From positions 393,803 through 444,968 of the forward strand of contig NMRA01000366.1 in assembly GCA_002633005.1 (NCBI GenBank): DNA of 51,166 bases, given 5' to 3'. The DNA comes from Phoronis australis. Taxonomy: Eukaryota; Animalia; Phoronida. Shown here piece after piece: positions 13,601-24,700 of this stretch; position 1 is the first letter of the stretch, and every line of letters starts with the position of its first letter. Both the position numbers and the translations under genes were made by a program. The notes under the pieces were generated by a model, which saw only the letters and a list, made by a program, of their open reading frames with translations, was not told where the DNA came from and made no database searches.

Positions 13601-16600
13601 GGTAGTGACCTACATGTATATATGTTCCGTGGTGTTCTGGCCTGAAGGCAGGGAACTGAGGCCAAATAAGTTACAGCAAACTACAGCTCTGAAACGTCAC
13701 TGTTCTGAATGCAAACAAGCAGTGGCAAAGATAAATCAAATGAGCAATGTGCGGAAGTGCACGAAGGCATGAACCTTGTCAAATAACTTGGAGTGGCAAA
13801 ACGTTGGACTTTTAATATAATCTTCAAGTTGACGTTCGTCTGAAATTGTATGCAAAGCCTGCTCGTTAACTTTCAGGTGCTAAGTCAAGGTGGCACAAAA
13901 GACTCAACAGGTGGTACCATCGTGCTCATCACGGACGGCAAAGAAAACGTAAAGCCCTACATATCCACGATGATTGGTGAAGTCTTACGCAGGGGTGTTA
14001 TCGTGGAAACAATCGGCTTTTCACGAGACGCAGACCGTCAGCTGGCAGATCTCGCTGAGACGACCGGAGGATCGGCGTTTTTCACGTCAGACGTAGATGC
14101 TAATTCCCTTGAAGCGCCATTAACATCAGTTGGCGCCAAAAGAAGGCGCACTCCTTTGATAACAGTAAGGAATTGATACAAGTAGTCGACACAATACACA
14201 TGCACCTTTCTCACATCGAGAAGCCAACATTGGCATCTGCACATTACACACAGTAAACTCGGTCAGTGAGAAAAAGTTATGCAGTGTTCATATGCTCCCA
14301 CCATGTGCATAGTAGAACGATAATGATATAAGGAGTGCCGCTTTCTATGGTTTTCAGATTTATCCGAAAAACAACAACAGTAATGCCATTCTCATAAGGA
14401 AAAATAAGTCAATTTTAATGGAAATAGATCGATTTCGGTGGATATGAAGGTAGTTGTAATGAATGTACTACAAGGTAGCAGCACAATTGCAACCAAGGAC
14501 TTCTCAATAGGATGTTGGGAATATGCCAACCTATGCCGGCCCGTTAGAAAATATTTACAAACCTGGCATGTAGCAGCCGGATGTGTCCGAAAATCAACGG
14601 CAGCCGTGTCCATTTGAGTAACATAACATACGACGAATTAAAATAGTCACTAGGGGGCGCACTATTAGACCTGTCCGACAGTAAGCCTCGTCCCCAAGCC
14701 TCAAGATGGCGCTCAACGGTTAAGCCATTTGGGGCTTGGTTATGGAAATTACTTTCTGCCCAATCATTGGCCGCTGCCTTGACGTCATTGAAACAAAGGC
14801 ACATTTGATTATTTTCAAAGGCGTTGTTGCTGCAATTGATGAAGCAGAAGGCATTGTTTTGGTTATTATCTGAAATAAAGGTTGTTAGCTAATAACTTTC
14901 AATTTTTTAACTAATAGTATTAGAAATTAATTTCTTTTCAATTCAAAATACATTATTTCAGTGCAATAATTTAGACCTATATAAATTGATGCAATATGCC
15001 CTTAGTTTTCAGTTTTATATAAAACTACAGAAAAGTTCAAAATTACATCCCTCGTGATATTCCGGCGATTTCCGTAACCAAGCCTGAAATGGCTAAACCG
15101 ATCAGCGCCCGCACTTGATCTTGAGGCTCGGGGACGAGACTCTCCGTGAGGTTAGTGTCGACTCTCGCTGGTTCCCTGCGTGTCCGCTAAGGGGTAGAGG
15201 ACACGCAGGTATCCTCCAGTAGCACGCGTTTTATCATTGGTTGATGTTACCTTGGCAGTCATTGGTTAGCTTTACAACAAAGAAAGAAAATGGCGGACTG
15301 TGAACGATTTTTAGCTTTGCCATGCAAGTGGCGTGACAGCAAATATTTCGTTACTATAGTAATAATTAACAGCGTGTGGTTCAGCACACACAATGTACAC
15401 ACATCTGGCAGATTTAGTCGGTGGGTTATTCATACTGTGTGAATACAGGACAGCAACGAAAACAAAATCAGCGACAGTAGAATGAATGCAACCGAAAAGA
15501 CAACCACATTTACACTTCCTCCATCAGTCATGACAGTTTGTTTGCGTTAAGTGCTACCTGTTGAGAATTCGACGAGCCAATCATGAACATCAGTGTAAAA
15601 AATTTCCCGATGAAATTTAAATGATACCTGCGTGTACCCTACCCGGTCCCTAGCGGACACGCAGAGAACCAGCAAGGTGTCGATTGTGCCTTACTCATAG
15701 GAACACATCTAACTTTCACGGCTAATCTTCAGCTGGCTTTCCAGACATGGAGGTGGACGTCAAAAAGTAAAAAAGGGCGCACTGAGAATAGGTAAAATCC
15801 GCCTGAAACTGAGCAGGCACCAGAAGTAACAAAATTTTAGAGATATATGAATCGTGGAGTCCTACGCATATAAAACCGAGGTTGTGGCAAGAGGACACCA
15901 CGTACGGTAGCCGGACTCCTCCTAAAGTCAACGCCAGTCGAGTTCCCTTCTTAAAGTGTACACAACATGACTCTAGTACCTCAAAATAAATTTTATTATT
16001 ATATCTTACTTGATTTCAGTGCCTTTAGTGCACAGCTCATAAAGAAACACGCAAAAATTGAAAAAAATATTATTATGTACAACGTCATGGGTTGAACCCA
16101 AGTCGTTCGCCATACCGTTCGGATCAGAGACAAAGTGTATAGAGTGAAGAGAAAGCAAAGTACATTTAGCGTCGAGAAGGTTCGTAGTAAGAGGGATCAA
16201 AAGATGTGTTTCCGGAGGCTGCAGCAACAGCAGCCAGGCGGAAAACGTCCCGGTGTTCCGAAGGACACCAAAGTTGCGCTGAAGTGGCATGGCTTCGTGC
16301 GCCGAACGAGAGTGTAGGACGTCATCGTGGACCGTCAAGCGATTCGGACCGGGTCCACTCTGTGTTCTGCCCACTTTGAGGGCTCGTGTTTCGACTCCAG
16401 TCACAGGAGACGTTACGATGAAGGCCTGGTTCAATAAAGGACAATATTTATCATTCAGAAACATCAGCTCTTAATTCAGGATCGTCTGTTGGATGACTGG
16501 GTTGACTCGCCGAGCCCGCGAGGCCGCTTCTCTCGCGGGAGGATCCAGTTCATAAGGCTAAGTAGAAAAGTACGCAGCCGGAAGCACATTAAACTTGTTC

Positions 16601-19600
16601 TCGCTTTCGTGCAACCCCATTTCCTCATCCTGGCCACCATTCCCATACGTTTCTTCATAGTATTCGTTCAATTCTTGCTCATAATCGTCGTCACTTTCAA
16701 ATTCCCTGGTCTCCGCCATTGTTCAATGCTAGTCACTGATCTCATGTGTTCAACCCATGACGTCACATGGCGGGAAATGTGAAAATTGGCAAAATTGAAA
16801 AAAAATCAAATTTTCGAGCTAATTACACAAAATAAACATGGGTTTAGCTAAATTTTACGTCATACATTTAGTCTGTGGCCACCGGTAATTCAAAATGTGC
16901 AAAAATCCATGGTGTGTACTGTTTAAGGTCCGACATGCAACAAAGTTCACGGCGATCCATCAAGGAACTTCACGTGAATCATACGGCAGGGACAAAGAAA
17001 ATTTCCACTAGAGTGCACTAGGCTGCAGTAACCGGACCCATCCGAAATTCAAGGTTACTAGACGTGTTCTCCTCAATAGGACTACAGATGCAAAATTTTG
17101 TAATTAATGACCTTTCGAGAGCTTTGACAGATAAGAGAGGTGAACGTAAAAATGTAAAAGAGCAATAAAAATGGCCACCACAGGGCGCAGAATATGTTGA
17201 GTTCGTCCGAAATTTGGCGGTCGCCATGTGAGAAACTTTTACATCCGTATTTCATCAATGCAGTTAAACAGACTCAATTGCTCCTTCTGTCTAAAACATT
17301 ATGAATATGTGAAACCGCAAAGAAATCACAAACATTTTTGACTATCTACATTGTATGATTACTTTTGTTCGCCGCATTCAAGCTGAGTCATTCATGCTTT
17401 ACAGGTTAAATCGGAAAATCTGAAGTTGGGAAATAAAACGTCATACGACACTACATTTACTATAGACTCAACAGTCAACAAGAAAGTGAACACCCACATC
17501 TCCTGGAAAATCGCGTCTCCACACATAAGGACATTCCTGACATCGCCATCGGGTATCAGAATAGGACCAAGCAATACACAAGGCTTGCAGTACAACTTTG
17601 ACTCTGTGACTCAAAAAAGCATTCACTTAAAGACGGAAGCTGTGGAGGTTAGTGAGGCATGTATACCTGCGGGAAGTCCTTTAAGAAAGATTAGATGGGC
17701 GGTTACCAGAAAAGTATGTCAAATGAACCGCAAAGTCCCACATGTTCAGTGGTCGACAGTGTTGAATATCAAAGCCACCAAAAACGAGACCTACACACCT
17801 GAATACAGTATGATACTTGAGTTATTTAAGACGTCATATAAGAGAAAAAACAAAAGGTGCATAAACCAATGTTCTGCTAGCGTGATGTGACATAAAAATG
17901 TAAATGTAAAGCCCAGTCTGCACACCCCGTATAAGACTTTGTTGTCAGTCACGAAAAGTTGAGCTGGAACAAGTGTTTACACAATAAGTTGATTACAACA
18001 TATATAATCTATGATTACAATATCAAATACGAGAAATTGGACTTCAGAAAATCCAAGAACGGAAACAACAATATCTGCTTTTTCACAGGTTGGCACTTGG
18101 AAGTTGGTCATTGAAAATCCCGGAGACGAAGATCAGCAGATGTCAATCATCACCCAGGCAACTGGAATCGCAGGTCACGATGTCATCGACGTGACTGGTA
18201 GTCTTCCCGCGAGCTCACTCAATTTTACGCAGCAAAAATACTTAGAGCTACGAGCCGAAGTTCGTAAAGGTTACGTGCCAATAATCAACGCTTATGTGAC
18301 AGCGATTGTAGAGTACGAGACAGGAGACACAAAAGTGGTCCAACTTAGAGATACGGGCGGGGGTATGTTGAACATCTCATCACAGGACATGGTCGATGGC
18401 ATGAACTTCATTACGGTTTTACATCATGATGGCGGCGCACCACTAGGGAGTGGGGCCCCCAATTATTTCAGTGCTGCGCCGCTCATGTTTTAATCAAAGA
18501 TTCAAAGTTATTTGTTTTTAATTTGTATCGTAGCTTTAATCAGTTACATCAAGGCAAACTACATATCTTGAGAAAACAAGCTTTAAAACAGTTCCCGTAG
18601 TAAAAGAGAATGTCATAAGCGACAATAGGCATCGTTTCGCAAGTTGGAAATAGTAGAACCAACTTTTAAGCTGAGCCTATTTCAGTATTTTGAAAGCGCC
18701 TACACGTTGTTCCAGGAAAGAACTTCTATGTTTCATATCTCAAGACGTGATTGACAGATTCTTCAAAATCAGTCATACCCATAAGAGACAGCCCAACTGT
18801 GGCAGAAATTCATTTCACTGATAGGTCATACCACTAGACTACTACTTGAGCTATAAATGTGTCTTTCCATACAAATTACGTCTTCTTTAAGGCTGTGATG
18901 GCTTGAAAAACGATGGAATATACACAGCATTTTTCTCGAACTTCCACGGAGGAAATGGCAGATACAGTGTTGACTTCACGGCACAAAATATGGACAGGAA
19001 GGCCGAGTATAATTACCAGGCAACCGGACTGGGGGCGCCACCTTTGAATGCAGAAGAAGGTGCGTGTGGATTTTTTTACTAAATATGCAAGTCACATTTT
19101 GTCAATCAATCGTTTTCTGGTTTTAACAGCTGGACTTAAAGATGATACAACTGTCTAGGCACAGTGGAGGTTTTCTGCAAGCTCATTCATCTTCCCCAGT
19201 ATAAAATTGTATCTATTTCAGAAATGTTCAAAAGCCGAGTTAAAAACGAAGTGGTGGCAGATTACTTTGAGAGAAGGAAAACTGTTGGTTCTTTCACAGT
19301 CAAAGGCTACACCACACCAGACCTAAACGTGAACGACACCATACCACCGTCACAAATTACAGACCTCACTGTAACTTCGGTATCAAGCGAACACAGGCAC
19401 GTTACCATGGAGTGGACAGCACCGGGGAACGACTTCGACGTAGGTACAACACACAGATTTGATTTACGCTACAGTGAAAATTTCACCGAACTGTTTGACC
19501 ATTTCGCAAAAGCTAGGACGGTTTTGGCGACAGCGGACAACAATGGTTTGGAAGCCTATATCTTAACCGGTAATATCACATATGCCACTACATCAGGGGA

Positions 19601-20978
19601 CTTGGTCGCTGTGACCGTCAGATTACCACTGGTGGGTGGACAAGTGTACGCCTTCGGCGTTAGGGCTGAAGACGATGCCGGGAATTACGGAGAGAGATCC
19701 AACATCATCGTAGCAAATCTGCAGTATATTGCACCACTCGTAGATCAAACAATTGAGTACTTTGATCAAGAAAACAAAGATGTTACACCGGCACAAGAAA
19801 GCGGACCGTCAACAACCGACCACACAAATACTTCAGCGACATATACGACAGAGCACTTGAATCTGGAAAACAAAAACACCAGCGAAAGACTGAATATTAC
19901 ACCGGCACAAGAAAACGGACCGTCAATAACCGACCACACAAATACATCATCGACTTGTACGACAGAGTACTTGAATCTGGAAAACAAAAACACCAGCGAA
20001 AGACTGAATGTTACATTGGCACAAGACAGCGGACCGTCAACAACCGACCACACAAACACATCAGCGACTTACACGACAAAGTACTTGAATCTGGAAAACA
20101 AAAACGGCAGCGAAAGACTGAATATTACACCGGCACATGAAAGCGGACCGTCAACAACCGACCACACAAATACTTCAGCGACTTATACGACAGAGTACTT
20201 GAATCTGGAAAACAAAAACACCAGCGAAAGACTGGATGTTACACTGGCACAAGACAGCGGACCGTCAACAACCGACCACACAAACACCTCAGCGACTTAC
20301 ACGACAGAGTACTTGAACCTGGAAAACAAAAACACCAGCGAAAGACTGAATATTACACCGGCACAAGAAAGCGGACCGACAACAACCGACCACACAACTT
20401 CAGCGACTTATACGACAGAGCACTTGAATCTGGAAAACAAAAACACCAGCGAAAGACTGAATATTACACCGGCACAAGAAAGCGGACCGACAACAACCGA
20501 CCACACAACTTCAGCGACTTATACGACAGAGCACTTGAATCTGGAAAACAAAAACACCAGCGAAAGACTGGATGTTACACTGGCACAAGACAGCGGACCG
20601 TCAACAACCGACCACACAAATACTTCAGCGACCTACACGACAAAGTACTTGAATCTGGAAAACAAAAACGGCAACGAAAGACTGGATGTTACACTGGCAC
20701 AACACAGCAGACGGTCAACAACCGACCAAACAAACACCTCAGCGTCTAATACGACTGAGTACTTGAATATGGAAAACAAAGACGGCAACGAAAGACTGAA
20801 CCGTACTGAGGAACCAGATGGTATTCCGCCATCAACTGACAACACAAACATTATAGTCGTGATCCTGGTTTCCAGCATCGCAATATTCATCCTACTTATA
20901 GGACTTCTCACCACAGTCTTTTTTGTCAGAAAATCAAGAGTTAAGAACAATACGGGGAGTAGAGATATAGAGATGTAA
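7677..20978 (+). CDS. CLCA: Calcium-activated chloride channel regulator (CLCA) family protein, membrane-anchored, 13 coding exons, ~1335 aa
   Basis: Exons 7677-7895, 8311-8462, 8778-8923, 9312-9426 ([15 protein letters not shown]), 9916-10087, 10747-10834 ([13 protein letters not shown]), 12386-12549 ([14 protein letters not shown]), 12997-13218 (GGTSIGAGL), 13877-14164 (LITDGKEN), 17405-17647, 18089-18362, 18892-19059 (KNDGIY..NGRYSV), 19222-20978 ([17 protein letters not shown], repeats, TM). All GT-AG and phase-consistent; sum 4008 bp. The start could instead be the ATG at 7701. Confidence 0.93.
14682..15141. mobile_element. MITE-like element with ~70-bp imperfect inverted termini (CLCA intron 9)
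   Basis: CTCGTCCCCAAGCCTCAAGAT...GCCATTTGGGGCTTGGTTATGGAAAT is the reverse complement of ATTTCCGTAACCAAGCCTGAAATGGC...ATCTTGAGGCTCGGGGACGAG. Confidence 0.65.
15158..15683. mobile_element. MITE-like element with ~55-bp inverted termini (CLCA intron 9)
   Basis: TCGACTCTCGCTGGTTCCCTGCGTGTCCGCTA...ACACGCAGGTATC pairs with GATACCTGCGTGT...TAGCGGACACGCAGAGAACCAGCAAGGTGTCGA. Confidence 0.65.
15955..16922. mobile_element. Internally deleted Kolobok-like DNA transposon (TTAA flanks, degenerate THAP domain)
   Basis: TTAA at 15951-15954 and 16923-16926; imperfect TIR A.,GTACACA.CATG. The + strand at ~16200-16435 reads RCVSGGCSN../[18 protein letters not shown]...[11 protein letters not shown] (THAP). 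A convergent acidic ORF remnant ([13 protein letters not shown]...PYELDP) lies on the - strand. Confidence 0.7.
19779..20801 (+). repeat. In-frame coding tandem repeat, nine copies of a 114-bp (38 aa) unit, two of them 111-bp variants
   Basis: Unit ~ [38 protein letters not shown]. The copies starting at 20349 and 20460 lack one codon and look identical to each other. Confidence 0.95.
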
Positions 20979-21747
20979 AAAACAAGTCACCTTTTTGTTA
21001 CAAACCTGCCCACAAATTACCTTGGCCAATAATTAAATAATCTGGACTAGAAAAAAGCAGAATGTAAAAAATAAAACGTTGCACACTATTTCGTAGTATT
21101 TTGCTAGTTGCTGTTTTTGTGGGCTTAAATTTGGATTTGGCGCAGCTGCGTAGGTGACCAAAATCGTATTAGGCCTTTTACTTCCAACACCTCCTGTTCC
21201 TTACGTTGACTGTCACAAGCAATGCCTACATGCGTCATTTGCGAATTCGGATTCGGAATTTAAGGATTAGAAGACATCAATCAATTATGAACTGTTTTCT
21301 GTAACCTTGATGCTTTCCACTTAGATCAGAAATGGGATCCTATCACAATAAGGAACATTAATAGCAAGATCTAGTGATCAAATTTGGTTTCTGTTTTAAG
21401 CCAACTAAATAACTATAAAGGCGAACTACTGCTTTAAGTAACATGCAAAACCAATGAATAACAAAAAACTCAGGTAAATACTAGTTTCTTACATCCTTAC
21501 ATTGAGGCAGGTCTGGTATGCTCTCGTCATGTTGTCCTAGCCTTCTCAGCTTGAAAATCCATATTATACTTGCACAAATCACAACATCAGACAGAGTCCA
21601 GTTTGAGATGAAACAACACATATAGACAAGTGTAATCAAATTTTCATTTATTTCAAATTCAACATGACTTTACAGCTCTATGCATTTAGAGGTAAAACAA
21701 CCAAAATTCTGAGTTCAGTATTAGGTGTTTAGCTACAAAATTTAACT

Positions 21748-24700
21748 TCACCACCACTTCTCATAATGAATTTGTTCATTTTTCAGTCCATGAGTCAACA
21801 AAAACTGCTCCATAGAGTCTATCATTGATGAAGGGCCACATATGTAACTGTGTACATTCTCCGCCTCCACAGTTGCCAAAACCGCAGCAATGTCTTCCTC
21901 AGCAATTCTTCTTCCTGTAAAACAGTTTTACTTCCAAAGCAACACTAGCCACGTTGATGCCACTCACACAGTTATTTATTACATTCTAGTGAAATTAGAC
22001 ACAACTTACTTTGTACTTTATGTCAAACTAGAATTGATTTCAGGGCTTGTGACAACCTAGAAAGTTTTTACTCAAAAACAAGGTGAAGTTGGTGGGTCTT
22101 TACTTCTTGTCGAAAATGATGATAGTAAGTAAAATTGAAATAAGTTGGTTGCATGACCATACACCACGTTGTGCCATTACTTAATGCTCAGAATTCTTTT
22201 AGTTAATAACTAAAGTTCTAGAAGAATAACAGAAAATGTCCATCACTATCAAAAATGACAATAACTAGTTTAATTCTAAAATTGCAATAATCAATATCTA
22301 GCAAGGATAAAGCAGAAGTAGTTGCCTTACCAGTCACTGTCTGTGAAAGTTGACTCTTCTGTTGAGTAATGAAATAATGCCTTTGAAATATTGAGGGAAA
22401 CCCAGAGCAGAGGCTTTCTACCACATCCTGCCCACAAACAAGAAAGTACTGCTCAAAAGTGAGTTACATTTTCACTTCAGAATGGAAAAAATGGAAGTTT
22501 ATTCAAGAAATCTTCATGGCTATTTTTTCTGAACAGTTTCGTATTTCTTAATGATTTCTAGAAGTTTAAAACATCAAGTGTTCCTAGTATTGTTACAGCA
22601 TCTCTATAGTGTCACAATGAGGATTTCACAATCAGGGGGAGCAACCTTTTCACACACATTCAGAACTACAATGAAGCTTTAGTAAGACGTTTTCAACATT
22701 GGAGGGTTAACAAGGGGTACAGAACACTTTGTGTCAATAAGTTTAGCCATGGTAAATATCTGTTAATAAACCTTAAACAAGGTTTTGGACACATTTCCAA
22801 CAAAAAGCTTAAATACACTCATGAATGCTTTACTGCCTTGTTTCTATTAATGCATCAAAAACTTTATTGAAATCTACCAAAATGAGTTTCTACCAACAAG
22901 GAAATCTTGTCAAAACACTAAATTGACCAGCTGGTGGTGTTAGAGTTGTCAACAGAGCTGCATGGGCATTCTGCTCCAATAAATCAGTGTCAAATTACCT
23001 TTAGTAATCAAACATTTGCAACATAAACAGACATACAAAGGCAAAACTAGAAGACAGATGATGCACAAATAGACAGTGGACAGAGAGACAATGGACAAAC
23101 AGACAGTGGACAGACAGACAGAGGACAGACTGACGGTGGACAGACAGACTGTGGACGGGCAGAAGTGGCAAAACTAGAAGACAGATGATGCACAAATAGA
23201 CAGTGGACAGAGAGACAATGGACAAACAGACAGTGGACAGACAGATCGTGGAGAAACAGACCATGGACAGATGGATGGTGAGCAGACAGACAGTGGACAG
23301 ACAGTGAACAGACGGACAACAAACAAATGGAGGACAAACAGACAGAGTACAGACAGACGGAGTACAGGCAGCCGGTGGACAGACAACAGATGCACCATGG
23401 CCGGCAAATAAGCGTCATTACAGTTTCAAGTTTTTCTGGATTATTCTAAAACCCCTCAACACCCCATGACCCACAATCCCCTTGACCCAGTCTACACAAG
23501 CTCGACTCGAACTGAACATACAACAAGCGCTGACTTGCAGGACCAACGAGTCTGGCTGTGAGCGCGTCTGGCTCTCCCGCTTTTTTGCAATTGAGAGTCG
23601 ATTCGGCAACTTTGAAAGCCAAAAACAGAAAAAACTCCGACCAAATCAAATCAGAGACCTACCAACGTTACAAAACGTCTTGTTCCCGGCACAGTGTAAT
23701 CATCTTCTCTGCTCTTCAGTGAATGACTGATTCAAACTATCTTTGGAGAGTGCTCGAAAGCTATGAATATATAATTTCTTCTTTGAAAAAACCAACTGAT
23801 AACTAAAAATAATCTCAACGTTAAATGAAGTATATAGTAAACGAGTACACAATAGAAAGCAAATAATGTGCAGGTTTACGAGCTCTCTCCCCAAGTTCAA
23901 TAGAACCATGGTTAAACAGGGTTATCCATAGCTGCTCATGGCACTGTTTCCATGACAACGATAGCACGCTCACAATCCGCTATTTCAGATCATGTTCTTA
24001 CACCACTTTCTGTTTTTAACCACCAGCCTGGAGCCAGAGCAGATTCGCAAAGAGGTGAGTCTTATGTCACTCAGCGACATAATATGATCATGATATGTAC
24101 AGATACATATATTGGCCTAAGTCGTGGGTTGAGGGGGTTATGGATCGTGGGTCGTGGGGGTTGTGGGTCAAGGGGGTCGTGGGGTAAAATGGTCAAGGGG
24201 GTTTTAGAACAATAAAGCTTTCAAGTATGGCAGCACACAGTGAAGTAATGCGGCCACTGAGGTGGGTTTCCATACTAAGTGAATTAATCAATATTTATTT
24301 ACAAAAAATGTTGGTGATTTTGTAAATAAATAGCAACTGTATAGCTTGGGGTCAAAACTTTCAAGTAAAGTTCACTGAAGCCAAAGATCAAGTTAGATGA
24401 GCCAGACCAAAGGTCTTCCTGTGGTCAGTAACAAAACAAACTTGCTTTCTTAAAGGTTTATGACTCACAAATTAAAATTCAAAAGTTAATCCTACCTTGA
24501 ACACCAGTTCATTCTCACTGCCTGCACTGTACAATAGGTGTACTTTGGTGGAAACAGTTTCTGCCTCATTATTTATATCCTGTACATGCCTCATGATCGA
24601 CAGAATGGGGTTGATGCCAACACCTCCCGCAATGAGAAGTAAATCGGATTGGCTGGAAAGTTCTGGGTCATAAAAGAAGTCTCCACCAACTCTCACCTTC

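Noticed and set aside
19779-20801. Regular repeat array as a CRISPR-like or non-coding satellite
   Set aside because: There are no unique spacers; the units are multiples of 3 and lie in frame within the last CLCA exon of a eukaryotic gene.
20978-21748. Overlapping 3'UTRs of convergent CLCA and OXNAD1
   Set aside because: Each gene has a nearby AATAAA (21070-21075 on +; 21647-21652 on -), leaving ~570 bp between them, so overlap is not required.
23001-23418. Cys/Leu/Ser-rich ORFs
   Set aside because: They are translations of the GACA-type microsatellite.
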